This document shows positions 12,876-26,500 of a stretch of DNA of 64,000 nucleotides, in pieces. This DNA is from Lama guanicoe (taxonomy: Eukaryota). The DNA lies in NCBI GenBank assembly GCA_013239625.1, contig MU053810.1, positions 2,119,518-2,183,517 on the forward strand. The letters run 5' to 3'. Position 1 is the stretch's first letter. Each line of letters opens with the position of its first letter. The notes beneath the pieces are model-generated. The model was not told where the DNA came from. It did not search any database and worked only from the letters and a program-made list of their open reading frames with translations. The position numbers and the translations under genes were made by a program.

Positions 12876-15420
12876 CTATGAGACAAGAATATTACTGTTT
12901 GAAGTTTACTGGGAAACTCTTTAATTTATATACTGTTTTACTTTTTTTTTCCCCAGAGGCCACAGAAAGGAGAACATATTTCTAGAAAGGAATTAACCAG
13001 ATTCCTGAGCAGTCATGCTCTTTATTTCCTACAAATACTTCATTTTCTCTTTTAATCATGTTCAGAGTGTTTTCCAATAGGAACAGTCTTTCTTCTTTCT
13101 TCCTTCTTTCCCACATATTTTGGTACCATATTGGTGCCATATTTTTTAAAAACCATCTTCCCTTTAAATGGTGAGGAAGATCTTAGAACTGCATGCTTCT
13201 TATTAATTATTTGAAGTATTTCTTTGAAAGCTGTCTATAAAATATGAATCATTCATCAAAAGAACGTAACTGGAAGAGAATGAAAAATTACAAAATCAAA
13301 ACAATTGTAGCCAAAGTTTAAAAAGGTTCCATTTTACTCAAAGATTTGCAAAACTAAATAATTTCCTACAGATTGATAATATATAGTCTAAATTTCACCT
13401 GTTTCAATATCATATTTTAAGCAGATCCAAATGTCTTTCTTTATGAATCCTTATATATAACATGGGTTTTTTTTTTTGGTTTGCACTAATGGATTTCTTG
13501 TTTTCTTACTAATTGAATTATGAAAGCAATATATATTTAATCCAATTCAACTCAGTTGCCTTTATGACTAACTTGTTGGATGAAAGACAAGACTTTCTTT
13601 AATGATAAGAGATCATGTTCTAGTTCTTTTGACGTTATTTTCTAGGGTTCATCTGACGTTATTTTCTCTTTATCCAGTGTAATTAAATTAGCTGGTCCTC
13701 TGCTTAACTAACAGCCTAGAAGACATAGTAATGACCTGCATGTAATTTTTTAGAGCGCCGGAGCCCAATAACCTGGATGAAAGTCAGATTTCTGGCACTT
13801 ATTTGGTCATGTGACTTTCAAGGGGACTTGAAGTAACTGAGTCTCGATTTCTGCAGGGGCCAAATGAAAATAAAAATACTTGTTCTACCAGAGTCAAGGA
13901 CAATTGAGGGAATCATATGAAATGAAGTATAAATTGATACTCTGAATACTTGAAATGGCAACAGACATGCAAAAACCATAAAGAATGCAAAGACAATTTA
14001 AAGCTAAGTGATTATGCTTGTAAAGGGAAGTCACCACTTCACTGAGTCACTGAGTCTCTTTTTAAAATTAGACATCGCTATGACTTAAAAGATTTTTAAT
14101 CATAGTCTCTGGGCCTTCTTCCTATCCTGAAGCATACATTCTGAATCAATACACCTAAAATAAGATTTCATTCAAAAAAAAAATAATAAAATGGCAATGG
14201 CTCATGTATTAAAGTCATTTGTGAATGTCAAAATAGATCTCATATTGTCATTTGTATGTAAATAATAAAAAGATTCTCTTTTTAAAAATTCATATAAATA
14301 GTGCATATTCTTCAAATGGAAGACAGTAATAACAGGAAGTTGCTCTGTGAACACTATCCAACTCCAAAAAATTTTATAGGAACGAGAAGTGAAAAAAGAT
14401 GGGGTAGCCAGAACGCTCTTCTGTAAATTACATGCCTATTTCAGCCCAACGTCTATTATAACAGTGAGTCACATTACATTTCTAAAAGCAGTTAAACGGT
14501 AGAGGCCAGTTGGCATTTGGTTATTAATGAAGTTCATGGTGATTCACGTCTACCTCAGTAATTATACTCCTAATTTATTTCACTGGTTTAAGACGTTTCA
14601 GGAATAATTTCTTCAGTTTAAAATTCAGGATGAAATGCAGTTCTCTAATGCTTTCTCCTAATGTAAAGATAATCTATTTAAAGAGAGAGTTGGGAGAGCT
14701 CCAGTTTTCTGAGTGAGTAACAAAAAAAAAAACTGTGAGCATATTTTCAATGGTTAGACTTGAGGGCCTTAATGTTCAACAGTTTAATACACTGTGAGCC
14801 AAAATGCACCAGCAAATTTGGGGAAAGGGAGACTTGCTAAGTAGAAAATGAAAAATGGACATGAATTCCCACGGTCCATATGCTACATATGTTATTTTTC
14901 TCTCTACTTAGAAGACAAACCACCCATAAATGTACCATTTCTCCAGACATTCATACATGAGCACCTCATTTCTCATATCAAACGTCATGCAAATGCTGCA
15001 GAGAAGTTACAGAAAAGGCTAGTTCCGATATACATTTTTACAATAACTCAATTTGAGAGAATCAAGCTAGCCTCATCCATGTTCAAAATATTTTTTTAAA
15101 AAACTAACTGCTATAAAGCTATAAAACTTCTTAAAGAGCTTCTAAGTTACAACCCAAACACCAAATCAGAATATTTTTCAAGTTTCTCCAGGAAATCTGA
15201 GTAATTTCTTCCCTCACCTTTGAGTGGAAATGTTAACACTTTCCTGTTTTTAATGAAAATGAAAAACTCTGTTCATAAAGGTCAAAGCAAAGAGTAATGA
15301 ATTAGTATCTCAAACACTGAATTAGAGAATTAGTAGAGAACTGTTTAGCACATACATATTTCCTGGGTTATTTCTTTCCATTCCTTTTGTAGAATTTTAC
15401 AGTAAATAGTAGGGTCATAC

Positions 15421-15531
15421 CTCCTTCAGAAGGTGGGTGATGTACTTTACATGTAAAAACTCTGGAGTCTTGTCTAAATCCAGTGACGACCTTCCTTTAA
15501 TCTCTTTCTCAAAATCCCCTCTGTAAACTTT
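15421..15531 (-). CDS. NEBL: NEBL exon 12 (111 nt): KVYRGDFEKEIKGRSSLDLDKTPEFLHVKYITHLLKE
   Basis: CAG acceptor, GAG|GTATGA donor. Confidence 0.94.
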
Positions 15532-16865
15532 CTGTTAAATAAGATCACATAATTTGTAAATTTAGAAAATATTAGTGACTGTGGAGAAGATATTAGAACA
15601 AGCATATACCCAGAACAAAATTGATGTTTTTCTGATATAATTCTACCACTGCAAAGTCTTCTTATCAACAGGAAAATAACTCCAATTTTGCCATCAATTT
15701 TAGAATTCTACCAAACAAAAGCAGGATCACCAAGTCCCAGCTCCCTCTGGGGAAGCATCCTGAGTGGGGCTGCTGAACATCCTGTAGTCTGGTGTTGCTG
15801 GTCATCAGCCCATCTCGGGAGGAGGACCAATAAAACCAGCTATTTGACTAGATCGCCTGACTGGTTCATTCAAAACAGTGGCTCCACCCCTGGAAGAAAG
15901 CCTGGAGCCATGGAAGTCCACTTAAACCAAAGTGGAATTAATGTTTATGTCCTCATCAGCCCTTCTCACTGTCAGTCTTCTCTGAATTCAAGAAAGACCA
16001 TTGCTCAAATGTAATGCAGGCTGGAGGAGATATTCCTTTAATGATATTGGCATGGAGAATGTTTCTCCACCATCTGTGGAACTGATATGAATCAAGTTAC
16101 ATTGTGAGGACAATCTTATCTTAAACCTGATAAACTGTTCTTTAGGTGAGAGTTCACACCAAGAAATGGAAGATTGCAGAGGGTCTAAATCCACGTCCCA
16201 CCTGCCCTCTTCACACCGCCATTCTTTGGCTATGATTCTCTAAATTCTACATTTGACCCAGGCATTTGAAAATCATTGGAAACCCATGTTTGTATGGCTA
16301 TAAAAACAGTCTCCCTAAATAACAAAAATATCCATCTGTGTGAAATGTTTATGAGACAAACAAGGGTCTAGATTCTGCTAGCTAAATATTTTATTCAAAT
16401 TGCAATGCAAAGATGATTTAAAAAATTAATAAATTCTGCATGAGGTTGTTATTAATGCAAAATGAAAAGCTATTTCCAGGTTCATTATGTACTTATTAGA
16501 AGGATGGATAACTGTACACAGAAATTCTCCAAACTGAGGGAAGATAAGAGGATAAATACAATAAATACATCGTCCCCTCACCTACATTTGAGTTACATAC
16601 AGCCATTTACCGTTTAACAAATAATCTAGGAATAGCCACAGGAAACGGATGCTCTGTAAAGACTAAAACTAACAGAACTAATTAAGAAGTTGCACTGAAA
16701 ACACCCTGAATTAAAGAAACTATAGACACACCAATGAACAATGATGAGAAGTGGGCCTCTTCCTTATGTGGGACTAACTGAGATGATAGTTACGGAAGGC
16801 TGAATAGAGGGCATTTTGAGGCCAAAAATGACTCTTTTAAAAGTGAAATATAAACACGTGTTATT

Positions 16866-17480
16866 TATGTCTGTGAGTCTGTTTCTGTTTTGTAAATAAG
16901 TTCTTTTGTCTTTTTTTTTTTTAAGATTCCACATATAAGTGATATCACATGGTATTTTTCTTTCTCTTTCTGGCTTACTTCACTTAGAATGACATTCTCC
17001 AGGTCCATCCATGTTGCTGCAAATGGCATTATTTTATTCTTTTTTCACAGCTGAATAGTATTCCATTATATAAATATACCACAGCTTCTTTATCCTGTCA
17101 TCTGTCGATGGACATTTAGGCTGTTTCCATGTCTTGGCTATTGTAAATAGTGCTTCTATGAGCTTATTTACAAAACAGAAACAGACTCACAGACATAGTA
17201 AACAAACTTATGGTTACCAGAGGGGAAGGAGGTGGAAAGGGATAAATTGGGAGTTCGAGATTTGCAGATACTAATATACATAAAATAGATAAACAACAAA
17301 TTTATACTGTATAGCACAGGGCACTATATTCAATACCTTGTAGTAATCTATAATGAAAAATAATATGAAAAGGAATATATGTGTATATGTATGACTGAAA
17401 TATTATGCTGTACACCAGAAATTGATACAACATTGTAAACTGACTATACTTCAATAAAAATACATATATATATAAAGAAA
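16866..17480. mobile_element. 5'-inverted (twin-primed) L1 3' end: antisense 16866-~17160, sense ~17161-17480
   Basis: Antisense L1 3'UTR (CCATCCATGTTGCTGCAAATGGCATTATTT) joined to sense 3'UTR ending TACACCAGAAATTGATACAACATTGTAAACTGACTATACTTCAATAAAAA. Confidence 0.88.
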
Positions 17481-18739
17481 AAATGTGTATTTATTTTTTG
17501 GGGGTTTTTAACTTCAAAAAGCCTTTCTCTTAAAAAAATTATTTGATATAAGTAAGTCAATAAGAAAGGCTGAGGATGATGAGAACTGGCCAATATATGA
17601 ATAGAAAAAAAAAAAACAAAAAACAAAACCTTAGTATGCTTTTTGTTAGGAGAGCTCTATCTGTGGAACAGAAGACAAAGAACTTTTCAAAGCCAGATTT
17701 AGAGATTTCTTCTAGAAAGCACACTGCTTCACCCTGTATCTGGAATTGGAAAAAAGTGAGAGAAGCAGTTTCGGCTGTCACAAAACTTTCAGTGACTTTT
17801 CCTGAGATCATCCTTCGCTGTACCTGGAGGAGGCGCTGAAAGAAGCCGAAGGTCCGGCTTACCCCTTAGGAATAAAACCATCTTTTTGTATCTACTTCAT
17901 TGGTCTTGCATTTAAAGACATCTTTCACTTCAAACTTCGTCTAAGATTTTTTAGATACTTTATTTTTCTAGCATAAGATTTATAAGCCACATTATATAGT
18001 ATTAGTCTTCATAGTATAAATGTAGTCCAAAGGTATTTTCCATTGGAAGATTTCTTTCTCCTCAACACCCGCTGAGCAGAAACATTAATTGTTGAGCCTA
18101 AAACTCCAATCGCAATGGCTATAATTAAAGGGAAAACACGTCTCGGCCCTGGCAAAAATAATTCTCCCCTTGTGACAACGCTGGAAATCAGAATAGCAAA
18201 AATTGGAAGTCAGTAATAACAAAAGACCTGCACAGTCCCCAGTGTACATTAATTCCACAGCATATAATAAATACATAACTACAGTTAAACATTAAAGCTG
18301 ATTTACACCTAATGTCAAGGCAGCCAACCAAAAGCAATGAATTTGTTCGTCTGTCTGACTTTTTTTCCCCCCAGTTGTCCACATTTAATTTTCCCTTTGT
18401 ACTGTGTAGCTGTATAATAAAAGCAAAGGGGTGGTTACTGTATTTCAAAATCTGCACAAGGAAACATGCTTACATAGAAGTTAGACAGCACTTCCTTGGT
18501 GTTGAGGTTGCCTTTAAAGTCCCTGTCAGCCGTACGGTGACATCTGTACTTAGAGGATCTTTTTTTCCTGAGGGTCCAACCCCAATGGAAAAGGAGCGAC
18601 TGAGCGTTTCACGTAAAGAAGGACTATTTGGTCTACGTTGCCCACTGATTCTATGAGAAGCAACTGCGTGTATGTTTGAGGGGTATTTCGTATCCATCTG
18701 GTTTTTATGATTTGAGTTAGGGAGCATTCGCATCCTTCA

Positions 18740-19440
18740 ATGCGTCCGTTTCTCGGAGTGGCTCCTGAACCGCCTTCGTGGGCGGCTCCTGGGATGCTGT
18801 TCAGACGCGATTCCCAGGCGCCCCCCCGAGGCCCGGGACGGGGCTGCTGAGGCCCCCGCGTGGGGGGCGCTTGCCCAACACACGTCCCCAGGGCGTCCCC
18901 GCAGACAGTCTGAGCCCTCCGGCCACAGGGAGAAGCAAGGGGGGGGAGATGGGCATTCGGACGAGGAAGAGGAGAGGCTCCGAGAGAAGGGCACGTTTTC
19001 CTCCACAAAGAAGACAAGGAGAATGTGGCGCACGGGTCGGAGCAATAAGCGCCTGCGCTGCAGGCAGAGCCGTTGGCAGGTGCTGGTCGGCTCCACAAAG
19101 CAGGAGGCGCGGCCGCCAGTCAGAACCCGCCCCCGCGGGGCGGCAAGGGCACCGACGGGGAAAGCTCCTGGCCTCGGCCCCCCTAAGAAAGGGACCACCA
19201 GACCCCATCTCACAGGCTGGCCCTGACACTCAAGTCAATGGGAAAGCGCAGCTCGAGCAGGAAGAGGATGAAATGGAAAAACCGTCCAGGAACATGACTG
19301 TTACCTCGGTGCAAAGAGCACGCTTGGTGACAGTGGGCCAGCAAGCTGCGTGAAGAGAAGACAGACGAGGACGAGACATGAGAATCTAAAATTCCAGAGC
19401 ACAAGCTACCGTCATTCCCAACACAAACGCGGCGCGAGAA
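18740..19440. promoter_or_regulatory. Intronic CpG-island-like region in intron 11
   Basis: Dense CpG within an AT-rich intron; NotI site 19109-19116; GC boxes at 19126-19133 and 19137-19143. Confidence 0.55.
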
Positions 19441-19935
19441 TCAATATTAATCGCGCATTATAAGTTCCAAGATTCATCGGTGAGAGGAGAGGAAATGAAC
19501 CGGTATAGAAAAAAAATCAAGGAACCACGAGGCCCGAATGGTGCAAGGGTCCTCAGCATGGATGACCCTGTGACTGAAGATCAGAGATGAGAGGAAGGGG
19601 TGAAGGGAGGCGGAGGGCAGAGCAGGGCACGGGGCAGAGGAGGGTGAAGCTGAAATGCTGGTGCCACCCTCTTGATGCTGTTTTCAGAAAAATAACGTGG
19701 TTTTTGAAAACTGTGTCTCTTAATGCAAATTTACTTAACGACTTCATATAGTCTCAAACTTCCAGAGACCTCCATCACGGCTCGCGAAAGTAGAACTCTT
19801 TCTCCGGGTTGTGGATAAGGGACAACGAAACAGAGGGAACGTCACTGGAAATGTGACACTAGCAATGAAAGAGAAGAAAGTGATGTAAAGGATACATACG
19901 ATACTTTATATACTGTTCTCAGAACGCAGAAGAGG

Positions 19936-20295
19936 TGCTACGGACTGAGTATGTCCGAAATGGATATGTTGAACCTATACCACCCACCAATGTGATGATA
20001 TTAGGGTGGGGGGGGGCCTTCAGGAGGGGATGAGGATTGGATGAGGTCATCATAAACTAGAGCCTCATGAGTGGGATTAGTCCTTCAAAGACACTAGAGA
20101 GCTTGCCTCCTCTCCCTGCTCTCTATCCTAGAAGACGGCAGCAGTCTGCACCCCAGAAGAGGGTCCTCACTGAACTGAGCGTGCTGGCACCCTGACCTTG
20201 GCCCTCCAGCCTCAGAACTAGGAGAAATAAGTTTCTGTCTGTTGAATCACCCAACCTGTGGCACTTCGTTATAGCAACCCAAACTGACTAGGACA
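19936..20295 (+). mobile_element. MLT1A-like solo LTR (ERVL-MaLR)
   Basis: Starts TGCTACGGACTGA; contains GCTGGCACCCTGACCTTGG..CCAGCCTCAGAACT..AGAAATAAGTTTCTG; ends ACTGACTAGGACA. Confidence 0.85.
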
Positions 20296-21674
20296 AAAGA
20301 TAATTCCAGTAAGTTACCCCATTAAAAGTAAGTTTCTGTAGGGCTTCTGAGTTTTGATCAAATTTACCTGCCCTGTCAATTCTGTTAAAAGAAATGACTA
20401 ATTCAGTCAAAATATTCACCTGACCATTCCTGATCAAATTTTCCTTGACTGGCTTCAGAAGGTATGAGACATGAAAAATGCAAGTAATGATTTTCTCCTT
20501 TCTTCCTTGAAGAAGAAATTAAACAACGCTGACATTCAACAAGCCACAGTAATATCTGAGTGCCCTTTCCCTGAGAAGATGAACCATAACAGTTCAACAA
20601 AGCACATGTTATGTTTACAAAATTCCTATGAGAGTTTTACTGTCCAGAAATTATCCTTTCTCCCTGTTGATTTGGCTTTTGAAAAATAGAAAAGATCTTG
20701 CCCATTAAGCATGCCTGGCGTGGAGCCCTGGAGTGGTGACCCGCTGAGAGTCCTGCCCGCCACTTCTGTCCCTTTGAAGTCATAACATGGTTGTAACCCC
20801 CAGAATTTGGAAGTTGGCTGTAGACAAAACTTTCTGTATCTGGTATCTGGTTCCCCAACTGCCAAAAAAAAAAAAAAAAACAAAACAGAAGAAATCTCAC
20901 TGGGACAGAGAGGAGCCAGTGTGGGGAATATCTGGATGTGACTCAGCATTATTTTAAGCAGAGGATTAAGTGGATAAGTATTAAAAAAAAAACTCTTAAC
21001 TTGTATCTTCTCCTGATGTTCTGAAACTTCCATGACTCTGTTTATTGGCCAGGGGTCAGGGAGAATCACTTAAATAAACTAACAGGGAAAAGAGAAACAT
21101 TCATGATTTTTACCTGGTCCCAAAACATTAGCATTTGCTAGATAAGTCATTTTAGGTAAGACAGTTAATGTCAGTGGCTGCATGATCAATCTAGGGATAA
21201 TACCTGCCTAGCATCATTACCTTGAGAGGATTAAATGAGCTGAAATAAATAAAACACTCATCACATCACCGAGCACAGAGTATTTAATAAAGGTTAGTTC
21301 TATTCTCATTGCAAAATAAAAATAAATGGATAAAAGGTAAGTAAAGCAACTAGCTCTTTCATTTTCTTTTAGTTTTTAATCTGCTCACTGTAGTTTTAAA
21401 TGGACACAGTCTGAAAGTGTCAATTTTATCATCACAGAATGTGAGCGCTCACCTGGCCTGATACCCATATTTGCCAAATGGGAAAAACTGAGGGCCAGGA
21501 AAGACCAAAGACCTGCCCCCAGATTCCTGGGTCTAGAATGCAGGTTCCCTGGATCTGGCCAGTGCAGTGTACTGTCTTTGAGACCCGCTAAACATTCGGA
21601 ACCACTATCGGTTCTTTCAGTGGTGAAACATCAAATCTGCATTAAACAGCTGTAAACGAAACAGAAGGACCCAC

Positions 21675-21782
21675 CTCACTCTGCATCTTCTGGGCCTCCT
21701 TTGAAGCTTGATATGATGGTGTCTCAACAAATTCAAGCATCAATTTCCCTTTGTTTTTCTCATACTCTTCTTTGTACTTAAC
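21675..21782 (-). CDS. NEBL: NEBL exon 11 (108 nt): VKYKEEYEKNKGKLMLEFVETPSYQASKEAQKMQSE
   Basis: AAG acceptor after a pyrimidine tract, GAG|GTGGGT donor. Confidence 0.95.
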
Positions 21783-23484
21783 CTTCATTGAGAAAAAGCA
21801 GAAAAGGCACCTAAAGCTCACCCGCCCTTACACCAATAGAGCAAAGTAAAATAAACATACAGGTTTGATCGCTGGGTTCCCTGTGGATAATGATATACAA
21901 AGTAAACGGGTAATACATAGAACACATTAAGGGATAAAAATGACTTAGAACACTAAGTAATGTAGTTCTAGGACTTGTCTAAAAGTATTTAAACACCTGA
22001 GATATATAGCTGTTCATCGTATCTGCGGGGTTAATATGTATACACGTGTTATACACACATATAAACTACATATATGCAGACAGAGACAGACCAAAACAGA
22101 GAAAGAAGGAGAGAGGGAAAAAAGAGAGAGGTACCCACGATGGCTCTGAAAACCCATCAGTAAATCAGGAACAAGAAGCAGAACACAGCTGTGAACATCC
22201 ATCGCTATGTCAAAGGAGGGGACGGTGTTCTTTGGGACCGCTGACTTTCTCCATAGACACTGAGTGAAACACACAGAGCTTTTTATGTGGCTTCTTTCAG
22301 GGTTGCTAAGCATTATTTAATAATATCCTATCACTTATTTATTCCAATGACAACCAATCCCCATCTTATTTACAAAATAGTTGGTCTTTTCTATTGCCTA
22401 CTAACAAAAACAAGAAATATACTCCGTAAGCTGTCAGAGTGGTTGGTTTTTATGCAATTTACCTTTTTAAATTAAATTCACAGAAAAGTTGCAATCGTGA
22501 GTCATTTCACTCAGAAACGTATTTTCATTAAAATCCTGTGTAATCATTACTTATGCAATGAGTTCTTAAGTTGTATAATAATAATAATAAATAGTACTGA
22601 TTGCAATGATAACTAAATCCAAAAGAACATTTTCAAAACTTAGAACTTTGTGGTGGCAGGAAATAAACCAAATTTTTTAAAATCCTATTTTTTAGGAATA
22701 TTTTTGTTTTATAGAAGTGTGATAGAATGATCAATGAAGTATTTGAGGTATAATAATACACTATGTTAGGATAAAATTTTGTGGGGAAAATAAAATAAAA
22801 ATAAGAACACAGAAAGAAAAAACAATGTCCATTTCCAAGCCTTGAAGGAGAGCTGGTTTGTGTATTTTTTAACTAAATGAAGGTGGATATCAAATGACGA
22901 CAGTATTTATGTTCCATAGGATACATTTAAAAGAGTGATGTAAAAAATTCTATCTTAATAGATGCTGGAAATAACATCTTTTGCAACTACTGAAATTCAA
23001 AATAAAAAATAGCTATCAACTTTAAAGTGATCAAGGAAGAAGATATTTTTAAAAGCTTCTTTTAGAGAGTATACAGAATTTCATAGTTGAGAGAAACATT
23101 AACATAGAATACATTGGTAAGATAGTTTTCCCTTTTTAATACACTTAAAACTGAATTGGGAAATTATAATAAACTTTGTGCCTAGAAAATGACTTTCGCA
23201 GCTCAAAATGACAAATCAGTCCACTATAAAGATTGAAATTAACATGAGATTTGATCATCATTTAACTAACTCATCTATTGTAAGTTTTAAATTGTGTATA
23301 GTAACTGTTATATAACAAAATGCCTGCAGATGGAAACGTGGTTCAAGCTTTCCCAACCCAATGAATACAGATTGAATCATTGTTTGCGACTTTTCTCACG
23401 ATGCACATTCTTTCCAGCCTGCACGTTCTCAGCCGAGGTGCCTGGCAGCGAGTGGTCCAGGGTCCGGGCGGGGAGGGCACGTAC

Positions 23485-23589
23485 CTGACTCTGGAGTGTG
23501 GCGTTGCCTTTATGATGCAGGTGTTCTGCCGCGTCCGCGTCGAAATGATACATTCCTTTGTTTTCTTCAAAAAGCTTTCTATACTCTCG
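23485..23589 (-). CDS. NEBL: NEBL exon 10 (105 nt): REYRKLFEENKGMYHFDADAAEHLHHKGNATLQSQ
   Basis: TAG acceptor, CAG|GTACGT donor. Confidence 0.95.
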
Positions 23590-26500
23590 CTAAAATAGAG
23601 AACATGAAAATAAAGTCAGAAGAAAAGAGGCTGATTAGAGCAACTAATAGTTAGGAACGCAAACGGGAAGATACAAGCCAACGAGAGCTGCAAAGCTGCA
23701 ATCAGGCTCCCACCTGCAGTCGGCTGGTCACGTCGATATCTGACCCTGAGCTAAACCGGCAACGCAAGAGACCAGCCCCATGTGCTCAATGTGAACAGCA
23801 TGTAAAACACTCAAGAGCAGCAGAGGGCAACTGGTTGTAAACACATAACATAAAAGATACTCATGACACCACCAGGGAGTGACAACGGATAAGCCCGTGA
23901 CTCACGAGAAAAAGCAAAGTGGGCAAAATAAAGGTCATTTGTCCTGCCCTTATCCTAGAACAGAAATGTATTTAACTGCATCTCTTAGAAATGGAGGGAA
24001 GAAAAGAAGAAGAAACAGAGGAAAGAAAAGCTGGAGGCAGGAAAGAAAAAAAAATTATATACAACAGCTCAGCCATGAGAAAGATTGGAAGTCATAAGGA
24101 AAAAGAGAGGATGAGAAATAATTCAACTAATTTTCCTAAAAGGAGATGGCAGGAGTTCCTAGAAGAGAAACCAAGGAATCTGCGTATGGTCGGTTGAATT
24201 TTTAAGGTGAAGAAATAGGATTAAGACTACTATTCAGACATACAGACAAAAAGGTGAATTTGGAAGAGACCAGAATGGATAAGGATGCCAAATTTGGCAA
24301 GTGTAGGACTCTAAATACAATGAGCAGTGATAAGACAAAAACTGCTGCATTACTGTAATCACTGGAGATTGAACACTTAGTTATTTTGCCCTATTTTAGA
24401 GATAAATGGTAACTCTGTAACTCTCAAAAACTCATGTCTACAGAGACTTAAGCTAAAGCTGGTTGCTCCTTAGACAATGAACATCTCAGTGAAGGTGGCA
24501 ATTTTGTGTAAAGTGGAAGGAGAGGTAAGCAGCATGTGAAAAGGAGCAGGAAAGAGCTGGGACATCTGGCTCTTAGGAGATGCTCTAGTGATCTGAGAGT
24601 GAAACAGGAAGAAGGCTCAGAGCCAGGGATGGGAAGGATGGAAGGTCCACGCGGCCCGCACAGGAAAACTTCTTTCCAAGGGGACACAGCAATGGTCCCC
24701 AGAGGCAGTTTCAGTCAATTAGGAAGCTAAGATATGTGTCCTCCAAAATGCTAACCAGAACACACTAAGGGAGAAGCTCATGAAAATGTTCACATAGTAC
24801 ATCTTGACCAAAGAGAACAAGTTACTAATTTTGGTTTCTCTGCTAGTTTAAAAAAAAAAAAAAGCTAATCTCAAAGGATAACAATATACTTAGAGACTTT
24901 ATAATTTGCCCAGAAGTTATTTTATAATATATATCTATAAAATAATTGTGAATTGAATGTAACAAGCTAGGGTGTGTTCCATTACTGAGTTAAGATCCAG
25001 AACTAACAAAGCCTAGGGTTATGCCTGGAAAAAAATAGGCATATACTAAGAAAAGGTCAAAAAATATTGTCCCCAGTCCAATGACCTACTGTAATCACAG
25101 AGAATTTCAGAGACATCTATTTGCAAAACAAAACAAAAACAAAAACACCCTAATTGAACTAAGATCTGCAAAAGACTGATCAACGCTTGCTTCTGATATA
25201 ACAGCCTCTGTTGCCCCCTAGTGGGAGTTACACAGAGTAACACACAATATATATTTTTAATTTATTATAAAAGAAACCGAAAGCTAATAGACTATTTTCC
25301 AGGGGAAGTATTCCCTCAAAAACTTAATCGATGTGGCTATACACACTCACTGGGCACTAATTTTACTATACACATTAAAGAATTTTAAATTATGATTTAT
25401 ATCAAAGACATTTAGAGGTCTTTTAAAAACAGCCATTAATAACAAACTGACAACTAATTCTGGCAGAATGTTTAAGCATTCTCTTAATCTTCTACTAAAA
25501 TTAAGTTGCCTTTATAAATCAACAAAATTCCAATTCTCTTTACATTAAAATTCAAAAGAAGGCAATTCTGACGTACAATAAACTTGAGCCAATGTAATAC
25601 CGTGCAACTTTAATACGTAGATACTTCAGAGTAACACCTCTTTTGAGTTTTAAACTTTCTCTCCCGTGAAGTAACCGCTGAGTCACAATTTTTCTATGGG
25701 GGAAAAACATCTATAATCTAGGCAAAAGCACCACGTGGATGAACGTTTAAATTTTACAAATGGCATATAAGACAAGTGCAATAAATGACTTTGCTGGGTT
25801 TTCTCTGTTGAAGAGATACTGGGAACAACTAATATTAAATTATGGTTTTTTTCACCACTATTATAAAATAAAGGTCAATATTCTTGAAAAGAAAGATTGC
25901 CTATGAATGGCATGGATTCTTCTAGCTACTAAAAATTTTTAATTACCACTGTGACATTTTTATTGGCTTACACACTTGTGTCCTAAGGAAATTTAACCCA
26001 AATAGGGATGAGGAAGAACCAAGGTCAGATGCTACTGCAGCGATCAAACTGGATAAGCAAAGACTGGACAGGAAGAAAGCAGAGCTCAGAGAACAGAAAC
26101 ATCAATTTTTAGAAACATACTTAAGAGAAATGATGCAATATGCGAAACTGAAACAGAGCTACTCAAGGAACAGGGAGTAGGGATGAGTGTTGAAACGGCA
26201 GGACTCCACGAATTACGTGTCCTGGGACTGAGTCTAATTCTCCTCCTGACAGTCTCCTAATTCATCCTGCTCAACAGATGGGAAAGATAACCGACTGCTT
26301 TTCCTCCAAAGACCAGTGATAAAAATTACTTAATTAGTTAAAAAAAATCTGTATGAATTATTTACACACAGATTACATTTCAAGAAGAAAGGAGGATTAC
26401 ACAATAATGAACAGAAGTTTCAATGTATCTAAGTCAAGTGTACACATTTGTTTAAATGAACTGAAGCTGTTGTCTCATTATTGAATAGTTTGGGAACCAG

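Noticed and set aside
13630..13670. 14-bp direct repeat TGACGTTATTTTCT
   Set aside because: Small local duplication with no sign of function
18550..19353. Overlapping long ORFs (142-191 aa) on both strands
   Set aside because: Pro/Gly/Arg-rich with no recognisable domain; expected from stop-codon scarcity in GC-rich DNA
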